From Patescibacteria group bacterium (GTDB lineage: Bacteria > Patescibacteriota > Patescibacteriia > 2-02-FULL-49-11), in assembly GCA_041645165.1 (NCBI GenBank), contig JBAZQN010000011.1:1254-65253 (forward strand): a stretch of 64,000 nt of DNA, in the 5' to 3' direction. The notes below the pieces were generated by a model. That model saw only the letters and a program-made list of their open reading frames with translations, did no database searches and was not told where the DNA came from. The stretch's first letter is position 1. Each line of letters begins with the position of its first letter. Made by a program: the position numbers and the translations under genes. Shown here in pieces: positions 54,080-63,730 of the stretch.

Positions 54080-54214
54080 AGTTTTTATATAATCCTCTCC
54101 TGCAAATACCCAGTACACACTGCTTGTATGAAATGTGCCTCTCGTAAGAATTAAATGGTAACGGCACAAGGAGAGCGATCAGGCACTGCAACAACAAAGG
54201 CCGAAACAAATGAA

Positions 54215-54340
54215 AAATCCCAAACCTGAAATCCCAATATAAATTGGAATTTAAGATTTATTTGGAATTTGTCCCGCACCTTGAATCTTTTTTTCTAAGG
54301 TAAGCGGGATCCCGCCGGAGCGGGAGATATTAAGATTTGG
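54215..54340. repeat. aaatcccaa heptamer tract plus MITE-C copy (gtcccgcaccttgaatctttttttctaaggtaagcgggatcccgc)
   Basis: Reverse complement of 28405-28460. Mirror arms aaatcccaa…ttggaatttaagattt. Confidence 0.75.
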
Positions 54341-54423
54341 AATTTAATAAGGTATTTTTTCCAATTCAGTTTATTATTGAATAATCTCTCTGGCGTGCAC
54401 CAGTGAGAATTAAAGGAGGCAGT

Positions 54424-54852
54424 ATGACTCTTATTCCATGGCGTCCCATGGTCGAACCCTTCGACGATATGACGAGGTTTTTCGACGATATGTGGCCTAC
54501 GGGGACTTTTCGGTCCTTGGCAGGCATGGTTCCCGCGATCGATGTCTACGAGGATGTGGACAATGTGTATGTGGAGACACCGCTTCCCGGCGTGGATCCG
54601 GAAAAGGTTACGGTATCGGTAGAAAATGACGTCCTTACCATTGAAGGGAAATCTCAGCGCAAGACAGAGGTGGAGGATAAAAAGTTCTATCGTAAAGAGG
54701 TGAGCTATGGCAGTTTCCACCGTGCAGTGGCGCTTCCGTCCGCAGTAAAGGGCGAAGAGGCAAAAGCAACCTATGAGAAAGGCGTGCTGAAAGTTGCGAT
54801 TCCGAAAGAAGAGCGCGCGAAACCGAAGACGGTCAAGGTGGAGGTGAAGTAA
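54424..54852 (+). CDS. Hsp20/alpha-crystallin small heat-shock protein
   Basis: Alpha-crystallin domain (VDVYEDVDNVYVETPLPGVDPEKVTVSVENDVLTIEG…). SD aaaggagg 6 nt before the ATG at 54424. Confidence 0.85.
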   Translation: MTLIPWRPMVEPFDDMTRFFDDMWPTGTFRSLAGMVPAIDVYEDVDNVYVETPLPGVDPEKVTVSVENDVLTIEGKSQRKTEVEDKKFYRKEVSYGSFHRAVALPSAVKGEEAKATYEKGVLKVAIPKEERAKPKTVKVEVK

Positions 54853-54997
54853 TAGTGAGGGGTTGGAAGAGTAGAGAAGTTAGAATCTAGAAGCTGGAAT
54901 TTAGGATTTGAAATTTAATTTTCCTCGATTTCGATTTTGGCGTGCACTCTCGTGATATCCGCGGGAGTGACGGGAGGATCGAAAGAACATTTTATCA

Positions 54998-55324
54998 GTG
55001 ATCAGGCGTATGACACCAAAAGAAAACAATAAAAATGAAGCATTGATGCTTTTACGGGAATGCCCTTCATGCCGTTCGCGGTATACCCACACATCGGTAC
55101 AGGTGCTTTCTGCCAATGAGAAAGGGTCGCTGGTATCGTTTACCTGCGGTGAGTGCCGACTTGATGTCTTGGTAGCGGTATCGCCGATGCCTTTCGGGCT
55201 GGTGGGCACTGGGATGCCGACTGACTGCGCGACCGACGAAGTGATGAGATTTATGGATTCAAACGAAATTACCGAAGATGATGTGATAGAGGCGCATACG
55301 TTGCTTGAAAATCCGAAATCCTAA
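54998..55324 (+). CDS. hypothetical zinc-ribbon protein
   Basis: CPSCRS…CGECRL double CxxC. 108 aa. Confidence 0.4.
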   Translation: MIRRMTPKENNKNEALMLLRECPSCRSRYTHTSVQVLSANEKGSLVSFTCGECRLDVLVAVSPMPFGLVGTGMPTDCATDEVMRFMDSNEITEDDVIEAHTLLENPKS

Positions 55325-55445
55325 ATCCGAAATCCTAAACAAGCTCAAAACACAAAATTCGAAATATTCCTATCCCTTAATATTTCGATGATTTGAATCT
55401 CGAATTTTGGATTTGTTTAGGGTTTAGAGTTTAGAATTTAGTATT
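55305..55445. repeat. heptamer-periodic quasi-palindrome upstream of dnaK (ctaaatc/cgaaatc/ctaaaca … gtttagg/gtttaga/gtttaga)
   Basis: Homologous to 42735-42875. Confidence 0.8.
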
Positions 55446-55452
55446 TATATAT

Positions 55453-57363
55453 TTGAGTATGTCAAAAATTATAGGCATAGACCTCGGTACTACCAATTCA
55501 GCGGTTGCCGTCATTGAAGGCGGCAGCCCAAAAATATTAGAAAACAGCGAAGGCGCGCGCACCACGCCCTCCGTTGTGGCCGTCAATAAGAACGGCGAGC
55601 GGTTCGTGGGGATGACGGCGAAACGCCAGGCAGTCACCAATCCCCAAAATACCATTTACTCGGTAAAGCGCCTTATCGGGCGCAGATACGATGACCCCGA
55701 AGTGCAGCGTTCGCAAAAAACCCTGCCTTACAGAATCGTGAAGTCGGGTGAAGGCGTGAAAGTGGCCATGGCAGAGAAGGAATATTCCCCACAGGAGATT
55801 TCCGCAATGATTTTGCAGAAGATCAAGGCGGACGTGGAGGCAAGACTGGGCGAAAAGGTGACGGAGGCGGTGATCACCTGCCCGGCGTATTTTGACGATT
55901 CGCAGCGTAAAGCAACGAAAGAAGCAGGCGAGATCGCGGGATTTACCGTGAAAAGGGTGCTCAATGAACCTACGGCTGCGGCGCTGGCGTATGGATTCCA
56001 GAAGAAGAAGGATGAAAAGATCGCCGTGTATGATTTGGGCGGCGGCACCTATGACATTTCCATTCTAGAAGTATCCAGCGATACCGTGGAGGTAAAGGCC
56101 ACCAACGGGGACACGCACCTTGGAGGGGATGATTTTGACCAAAGGGTCATTGATTGGATTATTGCAGAATTCAAGAAGGATCAAGGCATCGACCTTTCGA
56201 AAGACACGCTCTCGCTCCAGCGCATCAAAGAGGCCGCGGAAAAGGCGAAGATCGAGCTGTCCACGGCCATGGAAACGGAAATTAACCAGCCGTTTATCAC
56301 CTCTGGCGCTGACGGCCCAAAGCATCTGCTCTTGAAGCTGACCCGGGCGAAATATGAGGATCTGGTGGGCGATCTGATTGAAAAAACCAAAGAGCCGATG
56401 AAGAAAGCATTGAGCGACGCAAAGCTCACCGTGAAGGACATTGATGAAATTGTCATGGTGGGAGGAATGACGAGAATGCCCAAAGTATTAGCGATGGTGG
56501 AAGAGTTTTTCGGGAAGAAGCCGCATATTGGCGTAAACCCCGATGAGGTCGTGGCGGCAGGCGCGGCGGTTCAAGCAGGCATCATGCAGGGTGAGGTGAA
56601 AGACGTATTACTGCTTGATGTGACTCCTCTTACGCTCGGCATTGAAACGCTGGGCAGCGTGGCCACGCCTATCATTCAGAGGAATACCACCGTCCCGACG
56701 AAAAAATCACAGGTCTTTTCGACCGCCGCTGACGGGCAAACCTCCGTGGAGGTGCACGTGGTGCAGGGAGAGCGCCCCTTAGCGCACGATAATAAGAGTT
56801 TGGGGAAATTCATTCTTGACGGCATTCCTCCCTCGCCGCGCGGGATCCCGCAGGTTGAGGTTACCTTTGACATTGACGCGAACGGCATACTCCATGTCAC
56901 CGCAAAAGATCGCGCCACGGGCAAAGAGCAGAAAATCACCATCACCGCGTCCACCGGCCTTTCCAAAGATGAGATTGAGCGGATGAAAAAAGAAGCGGAA
57001 GCGCATGCCGTTGACGACGCGAAAAAGAAAGAGCAGATCGAATTAAAGAATACTGCCGACAGCATGGTCTATACCACCGAAAAGACCTTGCGCGATGCGG
57101 GCGACAAGGTATCGGCAGAGGTGAAGAAGGGGATCGAGGAGAAGGTGGAGGCGCTCAAAAAGGTGAAAGACGGCGACGACACCGATGCGATAAAGAAGGC
57201 AACCGATGCTCTCTCTCAGGAAATCCAAAAGGTAGGCGAACAGCTTTATAAAGCCGCCGCGGAAGCGAAAGGAAATACGGAGGGAGAGGTGAAGGCAGAA
57301 GATAAACAGGAGGATAAAAAAACTGTAGATGCGGAGTACAAGGATGTGAAGGATGATAAATAA
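55453..57363 (+). CDS. dnaK: molecular chaperone DnaK (Hsp70)
   Basis: [18 protein letters not shown], and full-length Hsp70 domain structure. Confidence 0.95.
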   Translation: MSMSKIIGIDLGTTNSAVAVIEGGSPKILENSEGARTTPSVVAVNKNGERFVGMTAKRQAVTNPQNTIYSVKRLIGRRYDDPEVQRSQKTLPYRIVKSGEGVKVAMAEKEYSPQEISAMILQKIKADVEARLGEKVTEAVITCPAYFDDSQRKATKEAGEIAGFTVKRVLNEPTAAALAYGFQKKKDEKIAVYDLGGGTYDISILEVSSDTVEVKATNGDTHLGGDDFDQRVIDWIIAEFKKDQGIDLSKDTLSLQRIKEAAEKAKIELSTAMETEINQPFITSGADGPKHLLLKLTRAKYEDLVGDLIEKTKEPMKKALSDAKLTVKDIDEIVMVGGMTRMPKVLAMVEEFFGKKPHIGVNPDEVVAAGAAVQAGIMQGEVKDVLLLDVTPLTLGIETLGSVATPIIQRNTTVPTKKSQVFSTAADGQTSVEVHVVQGERPLAHDNKSLGKFILDGIPPSPRGIPQVEVTFDIDANGILHVTAKDRATGKEQKITITASTGLSKDEIERMKKEAEAHAVDDAKKKEQIELKNTADSMVYTTEKTLRDAGDKVSAEVKKGIEEKVEALKKVKDGDDTDAIKKATDALSQEIQKVGEQLYKAAAEAKGNTEGEVKAEDKQEDKKTVDAEYKDVKDDK

Positions 57364-57364
57364 T

Positions 57365-57450
57365 GACGTATCCCGTATTATGTATTACGTTATGTCGTGA
57401 TATCTATATACGTAATACCTAATACCTAATACCTAATACTTCAACCACTA
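57365..57450. repeat. heptamer repeat tract (cgtaatacctaatacctaatacctaatac)
   Basis: Same word family as 30835-30905, 32180-32250 and 46775-46875. Confidence 0.8.
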
Positions 57451-57755
57451 TGATTGATAATAAATCGGGACAAACACAGATTCAAATTCGTGCGTCAGAC
57501 GAGGTGTTGCGAGGCTTGTACGCCAACGCGATGCAGGTGGTGCATACTAAAGAAGAGTTCATAATTGATTTTCTTAATCTCTATCCGCACCAAGGGCTTG
57601 GAGTAGTGAATGCGCGGGTGTTGACCTCGCCGGGGCATGCGAAAAGGATTGTGGCCGCGCTCGCGGACAATATTAAGAAATATGAAGCGCAATTCGGCGC
57701 GATAGAGGCGGCGCAAGAGCCTGCGGAGGGCAAGGAGATGGGATTTAAGGCATAA
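57450..57755 (+). CDS. hypothetical small protein (DUF3467-like) between dnaK and dnaJ
   Basis: 101-aa ORF with operon position only. Confidence 0.4.
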   Translation: MIDNKSGQTQIQIRASDEVLRGLYANAMQVVHTKEEFIIDFLNLYPHQGLGVVNARVLTSPGHAKRIVAALADNIKKYEAQFGAIEAAQEPAEGKEMGFKA

Positions 57756-57766
57756 CTTCGTTCGTC

Positions 57767-57848
57767 CTGGACAATTTTCTCGGCGGCGCGATCTAGCAGC
57801 TTGATGCGCCAGACCGCCTCGTAAATTGCCAGGACTCACTTTTAGGGA
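57767..57848 (+). repeat. repeat family S copy 4
   Basis: Outer stem cctgg…ccagg. Confidence 0.8.
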
Positions 57849-58035
57849 GGATATATAGATCTCACACTATGACATGGCACTGCGCTTAAGGCAGACCGCG
57901 ATTCTTGTTGCGGAACTCGTCCCGCTATGCGGGACTCAAACAGTCCTCACGGCGAACACTGTCTCCCCGCCAAAATAAGGCGGGGAGAGTAGTTGGTGGA
58001 GGTACGATTCACAAGATTTTTAAGTGAAGTATTAT

Positions 58036-59130
58036 ATGGCAAAAGATTACTATAGTATTTTGGGTGTTTCTAAGAATGCCAGTCAAGAGGAGATCAAGAA
58101 GGCATTCCGCAAGCTCGCGCACCAGCATCATCCAGACAAGGGCGGCGGCAATGAAGAAAAGTTTAAAGAAATAAATGAGGCATATCAGGTGCTCTCTGAC
58201 ACACAGAAGAGAGAGCAGTATGACCAGTTTGGCACGACGTTTGAAGGAGGGACGGGGGGCGGTGCACAATGGCAGGATTTTGCGCAAGGAGGGCCTTTTG
58301 GAGGGTTCCGCACGAACGTGGATTTTAATGATATCGGCGACCTGTTCGGCGATATGTTCGGTTTCGGGTCTGGGGGGCGGGGAAAGCGGGGACGCAAGCG
58401 CAAGGAAGGAAGGGACTTGGAAATCGATACCACCATAGAATTCATAGATGCGGTGCGCGGAGTGACGAAGCGCATCACGCTTGAGAAATTGCAGGAATGC
58501 GAGTCGTGCCGCGGATCAGGGAGCGAGGGAAAGGGCGGAGTGAAAACCTGCAGCACATGCGACGGCGCAGGCGTGGTGGAGCAAGCCCAGCGTACCTTTT
58601 TTGGCACGTTCACTTCGCAATCAGTGTGCCCCGCGTGCCATGGCGAAGGAAGCGTCATAGAAAAGCCATGCGGCAAGTGCCGCGGTGAAGGCCGTGTGCT
58701 CAAAGAACATGCATTTGAAATAACCATTCCGCCGGGCGTGGCAGAAGGCACCACCCTGCGCATGGAAGGGAAAGGAGAGGCAGGCGTGCGGGGTGCCTCG
58801 GCGGGGAACCTTTTTATCACGGTGCATATAAAACCTGACAGCCGCTTCCGGCGGGAACATGACGATATCCACAGCGACGCGAGCATCACTTTGCCGCAGG
58901 CAGCGCTTGGCGATTCGATGAGAGTGCCTACCGTGGATGGGCTGGTGGAAGTGAAAATCCCTTCAGGCACGCAGTCAGCCACGGTGATACGCTTGAAAGG
59001 CAAAGGCATACCGCACCTTGAATCCGCGGGAAGGGGAGACCATTTATTGCATGTCACGGTTGCGGTACCCACGCGTTTAAACAGGAAACAGAAAGAGCTT
59101 TATGAGGCGCTTGCGAGGGAAGAGGAGTAA
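58036..59130 (+). CDS. dnaJ: molecular chaperone DnaJ
   Basis: J domain with HPD (HQHHPDKGG), G/F-rich linker, four CxxCxGxG zinc-finger repeats. Confidence 0.95.
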   Translation: MAKDYYSILGVSKNASQEEIKKAFRKLAHQHHPDKGGGNEEKFKEINEAYQVLSDTQKREQYDQFGTTFEGGTGGGAQWQDFAQGGPFGGFRTNVDFNDIGDLFGDMFGFGSGGRGKRGRKRKEGRDLEIDTTIEFIDAVRGVTKRITLEKLQECESCRGSGSEGKGGVKTCSTCDGAGVVEQAQRTFFGTFTSQSVCPACHGEGSVIEKPCGKCRGEGRVLKEHAFEITIPPGVAEGTTLRMEGKGEAGVRGASAGNLFITVHIKPDSRFRREHDDIHSDASITLPQAALGDSMRVPTVDGLVEVKIPSGTQSATVIRLKGKGIPHLESAGRGDHLLHVTVAVPTRLNRKQKELYEALAREEE

Positions 59131-59149
59131 TACCTCGTAACTTAATGTC

Positions 59150-59262
59150 AAAATCCAAATGTCAAATAAATGTCCAATATTCAATTCCCAATGACCAATT
59201 TTCGGATTTGAGGGTTTGGATTTTATTGGAAATTTGAAATTGGGATTTGGGATTTAACGACA
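59150..59262. repeat. heptamer-periodic quasi-palindrome (aaatccaaat … cccaatgaccaat … ggattttattggaaatttgaaattgggatttggg)
   Basis: Homologous to 30285-30400. Confidence 0.8.
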
Positions 59263-59317
59263 CAGAGGAGACCATAATGATTTTGTACCTGTTATATTTT
59301 ATGGTATAATAATTATC

Positions 59318-59860
59318 GTGGACACTTTTATATCGTCACTTACCCAAGCGATACGCCAGATTGATTTAACCACGCCGTCGTGGGACGTGTTTGTACTCCT
59401 TTTTTTCCTCATAGGAGTTTTTTTGTATGGGATTGCGTTGGGGAGGAATAAGGTCATAATCATTTTGCTTTCCTTGTATTTTTCCTTGGCGATTTTCGAA
59501 GTGTCTTCATTTGTGCGGACTCTAGGCACTACGTTTTTCCATGATAATCCTTTTGGCGCGCTCTTCACCTTTTTTATCCTCTTTCTCCTTACGTTCCTCG
59601 TGGTCGGCCAGTCGGGCGCGGGCAGGTCGCTTGCAAACGATGCGGTGGGGTCATTCTGGCAGACGATTATTTTTTCAATACTCCAAGTGGGGCTTACCAT
59701 TTCCATCGCGCTGCTTCTTTTGCCTGCTTCGCTGCAGCTCAGATTCTCTCCTACGATCCTTAATGTTTTTATAAACCCTGTAGGGCAATTTTTATGGCTC
59801 TCACTTCCCATTGTGTGTCTGATTCTCACAAGAACCAAGAGCAGTGCATTGAAGGTGTAA
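59318..59860 (+). CDS. small 4-5-TM membrane protein (CvpA-like)
   Basis: Hydrophobicity profile and size only. Confidence 0.3.
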   Translation: MDTFISSLTQAIRQIDLTTPSWDVFVLLFFLIGVFLYGIALGRNKVIIILLSLYFSLAIFEVSSFVRTLGTTFFHDNPFGALFTFFILFLLTFLVVGQSGAGRSLANDAVGSFWQTIIFSILQVGLTISIALLLLPASLQLRFSPTILNVFINPVGQFLWLSLPIVCLILTRTKSSALKV

Positions 59861-59919
59861 ATTACTATTATAATAAATCTCCCCTCGTATGAGGGGAGAT
59901 TAGTATTTGTAATGAATGG

Positions 59920-61350
59920 TTACTTTCTTTTTATAACTTGTCCTTCAGGAGTATCCTCGATGATATAGCCTTTTGCAGTAAGAGTCTTCCTTAAAACGTC
60001 GGCATCGGCGAATTTTTTTTGTTGCCTTAAAAGTTCGCGTTGTGCCACCAGCTCTCTTATATCCTCTGGCAAATCCTTAAGGTCTATTCTCGCGCTTACT
60101 GCGTGTGCCAAGTCTAGTCCGAGTATAGCATCAAATTTAAGCAGGCTCGCTTTTTTCGCGGCAGCTGGATAGTCAGATTTTATAAGATCCCATACTACCG
60201 AAAGCGCTTGAGGGAGGTTCAAATCGTCATTTATCGCGTCCATAAAACGCTGCTCATATTCTGCACATCCGATTTTAGGCTCATCCAGTAGTGCTGTTGT
60301 TTCTTTTAGATTTTTAAGCGCGGTTGCAGCGGCATCGAGCGCTTCCCATGAAAAATTTAATTTCTGCCGGTAATGGGCTGTAAAGGTAAAGTAGCGGTAT
60401 ATGAGCGGATCGTAACCCTTATCTATGAGAGTCTGTAGCCGGAGGAGATTGCCTTCTGATTTTCCCATTCTCCCCTCGTTAATTTGCAAAAATTCTCCGT
60501 GCACCCACCAGCGCGCGAGGGGCTTTCCTGTAGCCGCTTCTGCTTGCGCGATTTCATTGGTGTGATGGACGGGAATATGGTCAATGCCGCCCGCATGGAT
60601 GTCAAACGTTTCCCCCAGGTATTTCATGCTCATGGCAGAGCACTCGATGTGCCAGCCGGGGAACCCTATGCCCCAGGGAGAGGGCCATTCCATTAACCTT
60701 TTGTGATGTTTTTCATTATCTGCGTTGATCTGCGTTTTCGATCTGCGTTGATCTGCGTCGTGTGAAAATTTCCACAATGCAAAATCGGTCGGATTTCTTT
60801 TGCCCTTTACCATCTCAATTCTTGCGCCCGCCCTAAGGCCTTCGATATCAAGCCGTGCCAGCGCGCCATAGTGGGGGAATTTTGAAGTGTCAAAATAGAC
60901 ACCATCGCCAGCCACATAGGTAAAACCTTTCTGCTCCAATTTTTGGATGAGCTCGATTTGTTCTTTAATATGGTCAGTCGCCTTGCACCAGATATTGGGC
61001 TCAATAATATTGAGGCTCTTCAGGTCTTCCTTGAACGCGTCCGTATAGTACGCGGCAATTTCCCAGACTGTCTTGCCTTCGCGTCGCGCCCCTTTCATCA
61101 TCTTATCTTCACCCTCATCTGCGTCTGACGTGAGGTGTCCCACATCAGTAATATTCATGACGTGGTTCATTTGGTAGCCATTTGCCGTTATGACCCTTTT
61201 AAGAATATCTTCAGTGATGTAGGTCCTCAAATTGCCGATATGCGCATAGTCATAGACCGTGGGGCCACAAGTATAAAGACCCACGTGAGGGGGATTAATG
61301 GGTTTGAATTCTTCTTTTTTACGCGTAAGGGTGTTGTAGAGCTTGAGCAT
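59920..61350 (-). CDS. cysS: cysteine--tRNA ligase with an in-frame tandem-palindrome insertion
   Basis: HIGN ([19 protein letters not shown]), KMGKSEGN (KMSKS), and [17 protein letters not shown] zinc site. Nucleotides 60718-60760 (atctgcgttgatctgcg twice) encode an extra [20 protein letters not shown] segment. Confidence 0.9.
   Translation of the reverse strand: MLKLYNTLTRKKEEFKPINPPHVGLYTCGPTVYDYAHIGNLRTYITEDILKRVITANGYQMNHVMNITDVGHLTSDADEGEDKMMKGARREGKTVWEIAAYYTDAFKEDLKSLNIIEPNIWCKATDHIKEQIELIQKLEQKGFTYVAGDGVYFDTSKFPHYGALARLDIEGLRAGARIEMVKGKRNPTDFALWKFSHDADQRRSKTQINADNEKHHKRLMEWPSPWGIGFPGWHIECSAMSMKYLGETFDIHAGGIDHIPVHHTNEIAQAEAATGKPLARWWVHGEFLQINEGRMGKSEGNLLRLQTLIDKGYDPLIYRYFTFTAHYRQKLNFSWEALDAAATALKNLKETTALLDEPKIGCAEYEQRFMDAINDDLNLPQALSVVWDLIKSDYPAAAKKASLLKFDAILGLDLAHAVSARIDLKDLPEDIRELVAQRELLRQQKKFADADVLRKTLTAKGYIIEDTPEGQVIKRK
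60718..60760. repeat. tandem atctgcgttgatctgcg palindrome units inside cysS
   Basis: The same 17-mer family occurs at 818-834 and 906-922 in the rsmH-ftsL spacer. Confidence 0.75.
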
Positions 61351-61407
61351 GTATTTAAGAATAAAGAATTCAGAAGCTAGAATCTTGATACTATCATACC
61401 ACCATTT

Positions 61408-62592
61408 TTATAATTTATCTAAAGCCTGTTCTAGGTCCATAATAAGGTCCTTCATATCTTCAATCCCCACGGACATGCGGATAAGGGTGTCTGAAATGCC
61501 AAGCTGCGTGCGCAGTGCGGACGGGAGGGAAGCGTGCGTCATGCGCGCGGGGTGCTCGATAAGCGATTCCACCCCCCCGAGGCTTTCTGCCAGGGAGAAA
61601 ATGCGAAGCGATGACAAGAATTGCTTTGCATCGTCGAGGCCTCCTTTGAGTTCGAAAGAGATAATTCCGCCGAATCCTGTCATTTGCTTTTTGGCGAGTT
61701 CGTATTGCGGATGACTCGGAAGCCCCGGATAAATGACGCGGGCAATGTGAGAGTGGCGCGCTAACCGCAGCGCGATCTTCCGCGCATTTTTTTCATGCTT
61801 TTCCATACGGAGCGCGAGCGTTTTTATACCCCGCAGCACGAGCCAGCAATCGAAGGGAGAAGGCACGGCACCGGCGGCATTTTGGATAAATTTAAGCTGC
61901 TGATACACATCGCTGCGGTTCGTGATAACTGCGCCTCCTACTGCGTCACTATGCCCTCCGATGTACTTGGTGGTGCTATGGAGAGAAATATCCGCACCCA
62001 ATGAGAGCGGCTTTTGGAAATAGGGCGAGGCAAACGTATTATCCACTACCACGAGCGCGTCAGGATTTTGCTTCTTGGCGCACGCGGCGATCTTTTGGAT
62101 GTCGCAGAGTTTCAGGAGGGGATTGGTGGGTGTCTCCAACCATATCATTTTTGTTCGTTTCGAAATGAAATCCGTTATCGTTTCCGGCGATGAAAGATCC
62201 GCATAGGAAAATGTGATATCGAATTTAATGGCAATCATGTCAAACAGCCGCCGTGTGCCTCCATAGAGATCATCGCAGGCAATCGCCTCATCTCCGTGTT
62301 TTAAGAGTTTCATCACGCTATCAATCGCCGCAAGGCCTGAAGCGAAGGCAAGGCTGTGCGCGGCATATTCAAGGCTCGCAAGCACCAATTCAAGCGCATG
62401 GCGCGTGGGATTGCCTGTCCGGGAATATTCGTATCCCTGGGTAGGAGATTCCACCTCCTTGCGGGCGAACGTCGTTGCCATATGAATCGGCACCACGACA
62501 TCGCCGCTCCCTCCTTCTTTGAGGTTTGGTTCTTGGCCAATGTGTATTGCGCGGGTAGCAAATTGCATAGTGGGAGAAAGAGACCTCCCCAT
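61408..62592 (-). CDS. PLP-dependent cystathionine gamma-synthase/lyase-family enzyme (Cys/Met metabolism)
   Basis: Cys_Met_Meta_PP signature …STTKYIGGHSDAVGGAV… with the PLP lysine region. 394 aa. Confidence 0.8.
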   Translation of the reverse strand: MGRSLSPTMQFATRAIHIGQEPNLKEGGSGDVVVPIHMATTFARKEVESPTQGYEYSRTGNPTRHALELVLASLEYAAHSLAFASGLAAIDSVMKLLKHGDEAIACDDLYGGTRRLFDMIAIKFDITFSYADLSSPETITDFISKRTKMIWLETPTNPLLKLCDIQKIAACAKKQNPDALVVVDNTFASPYFQKPLSLGADISLHSTTKYIGGHSDAVGGAVITNRSDVYQQLKFIQNAAGAVPSPFDCWLVLRGIKTLALRMEKHEKNARKIALRLARHSHIARVIYPGLPSHPQYELAKKQMTGFGGIISFELKGGLDDAKQFLSSLRIFSLAESLGGVESLIEHPARMTHASLPSALRTQLGISDTLIRMSVGIEDMKDLIMDLEQALDKL

Positions 62593-62631
62593 CCCCTCCT
62601 TGCTAAGGAGGGGACTTGAGGGGCGGTTTCC

Positions 62632-63552
62632 TTAATTCGAATAGTAATTCTTTGTAAGATATGCGCGTCCTGAATCAGCGATGATAAATACGGCGAGATC
62701 ATCCTTGGCGAGCTTTCGCGCATATTGCCGTACGGCATACGCGACTGCGCCGCTCGAGGGACCCATGAGAAGCCCGAATTTTTTCGCCATCACTTTCAGC
62801 ATGCGAAGCGCCTGCTTATCAGTTATCGGTATCATTTTATCTATCACTTCAAGGTTAAGGATTGGCGTATCATGGTCTATTCCCATACCCTCGATTTGGT
62901 AGGGTTTCGGATTTCCTTTGGTAGAAAAATATGAGTGCGCCGCATCCACCCCGAACACTTTAACTTTCGGGTTTTTCTTTTTAAGATATTTTCCGGTACC
63001 GGAGATCGTGCCGGCAGTGCCTGCTGCCGCAAAAAAATGGGTAAGTCTGCCTCCTGTCTGCCGCCATACTTCCGGGCCGGTGGAGCGATAATGCGCTTCA
63101 ACATTAGTAAAGTTAAAATGCTGGTCAGGCATAAATGAGCCCGGGGTTTCGTGCGCAAGTCTTTTTGCCACAGCCCAACAGCCTTGAGGGTCGTCGTAGC
63201 GCTCTACGGCGGGGCACACCACTAATTCTGCGCCATAGGCAAGGATGGTGTTTTTCTTTTCCGCGCTTGCTTTTTCAGAGACCGTGATGATGACGCGGTA
63301 TTTTTTTATCGCGCCGATCATGGCGAGTGCGATTCCCTGGTTGCCCGAGGATGCTTCAATAATCGTTCCGTTTGGCCGCAACATTCCTTGCCTTTCGGCG
63401 TCCTCAATCATCGCAAGAGCGCTCCTGTCCTTGATGCTTCCGCCAGGATTGAGATATTCGAGCTTTGCGTATATTGCCGCACGGCTCTCAAAATTGATTT
63501 TTACAAGGGGAGTGTTGCCTATTATTGAGAGGATGTTGTCATGGTATTGCAT
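62632..63552 (-). CDS. cysK: cysteine synthase / O-acetylserine sulfhydrylase (PALP family)
   Basis: NPGGSIKDRSALAMI (PLP lysine), GNQGIALA, GTGGT-like loop. Confidence 0.85.
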   Translation of the reverse strand: MQYHDNILSIIGNTPLVKINFESRAAIYAKLEYLNPGGSIKDRSALAMIEDAERQGMLRPNGTIIEASSGNQGIALAMIGAIKKYRVIITVSEKASAEKKNTILAYGAELVVCPAVERYDDPQGCWAVAKRLAHETPGSFMPDQHFNFTNVEAHYRSTGPEVWRQTGGRLTHFFAAAGTAGTISGTGKYLKKKNPKVKVFGVDAAHSYFSTKGNPKPYQIEGMGIDHDTPILNLEVIDKMIPITDKQALRMLKVMAKKFGLLMGPSSGAVAYAVRQYARKLAKDDLAVFIIADSGRAYLTKNYYSN

Positions 63553-63730
63553 AATGGTATCAATTGGTATAAATAAAAAACACTCATTTTTAGAGTGTTC
63601 CCTTGAGAAACGGCGAGGTTCTTATCTTATGCGGGACAAGCGTTTACCTCACCCTTTTCCAAGGGAGCGCCGGAACAGCAACAGGATGAGGCTATGGGAT
63701 AATGCATAAGAGAGATCAAGCTGATGACAG
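63553..63730 (-). promoter_or_regulatory. candidate structured 5' leader with an intrinsic terminator (aacactctaaaaatgagtgtttttt) about 25 nt upstream of cysK
   Basis: On the minus strand there is a long-range stem tcttatgc/gcataaga, internal hairpins, and a terminator hairpin plus T-run immediately before the start codon. No SAM-I or T-box consensus was recognised by eye. Confidence 0.35.

Noticed and set aside
54930-54980. A second CIRCE near hsp20 or dnaK (GCACTC-N15-GAGTGAC)
   Set aside because: Only 6 of 9 bases match on each arm and the spacer length is wrong; it is probably chance.
58185-59072. 295-aa minus-strand ORF opposite dnaJ
   Set aside because: An antisense shadow of dnaJ, which is confirmed by its J domain and CxxCxGxG repeats.
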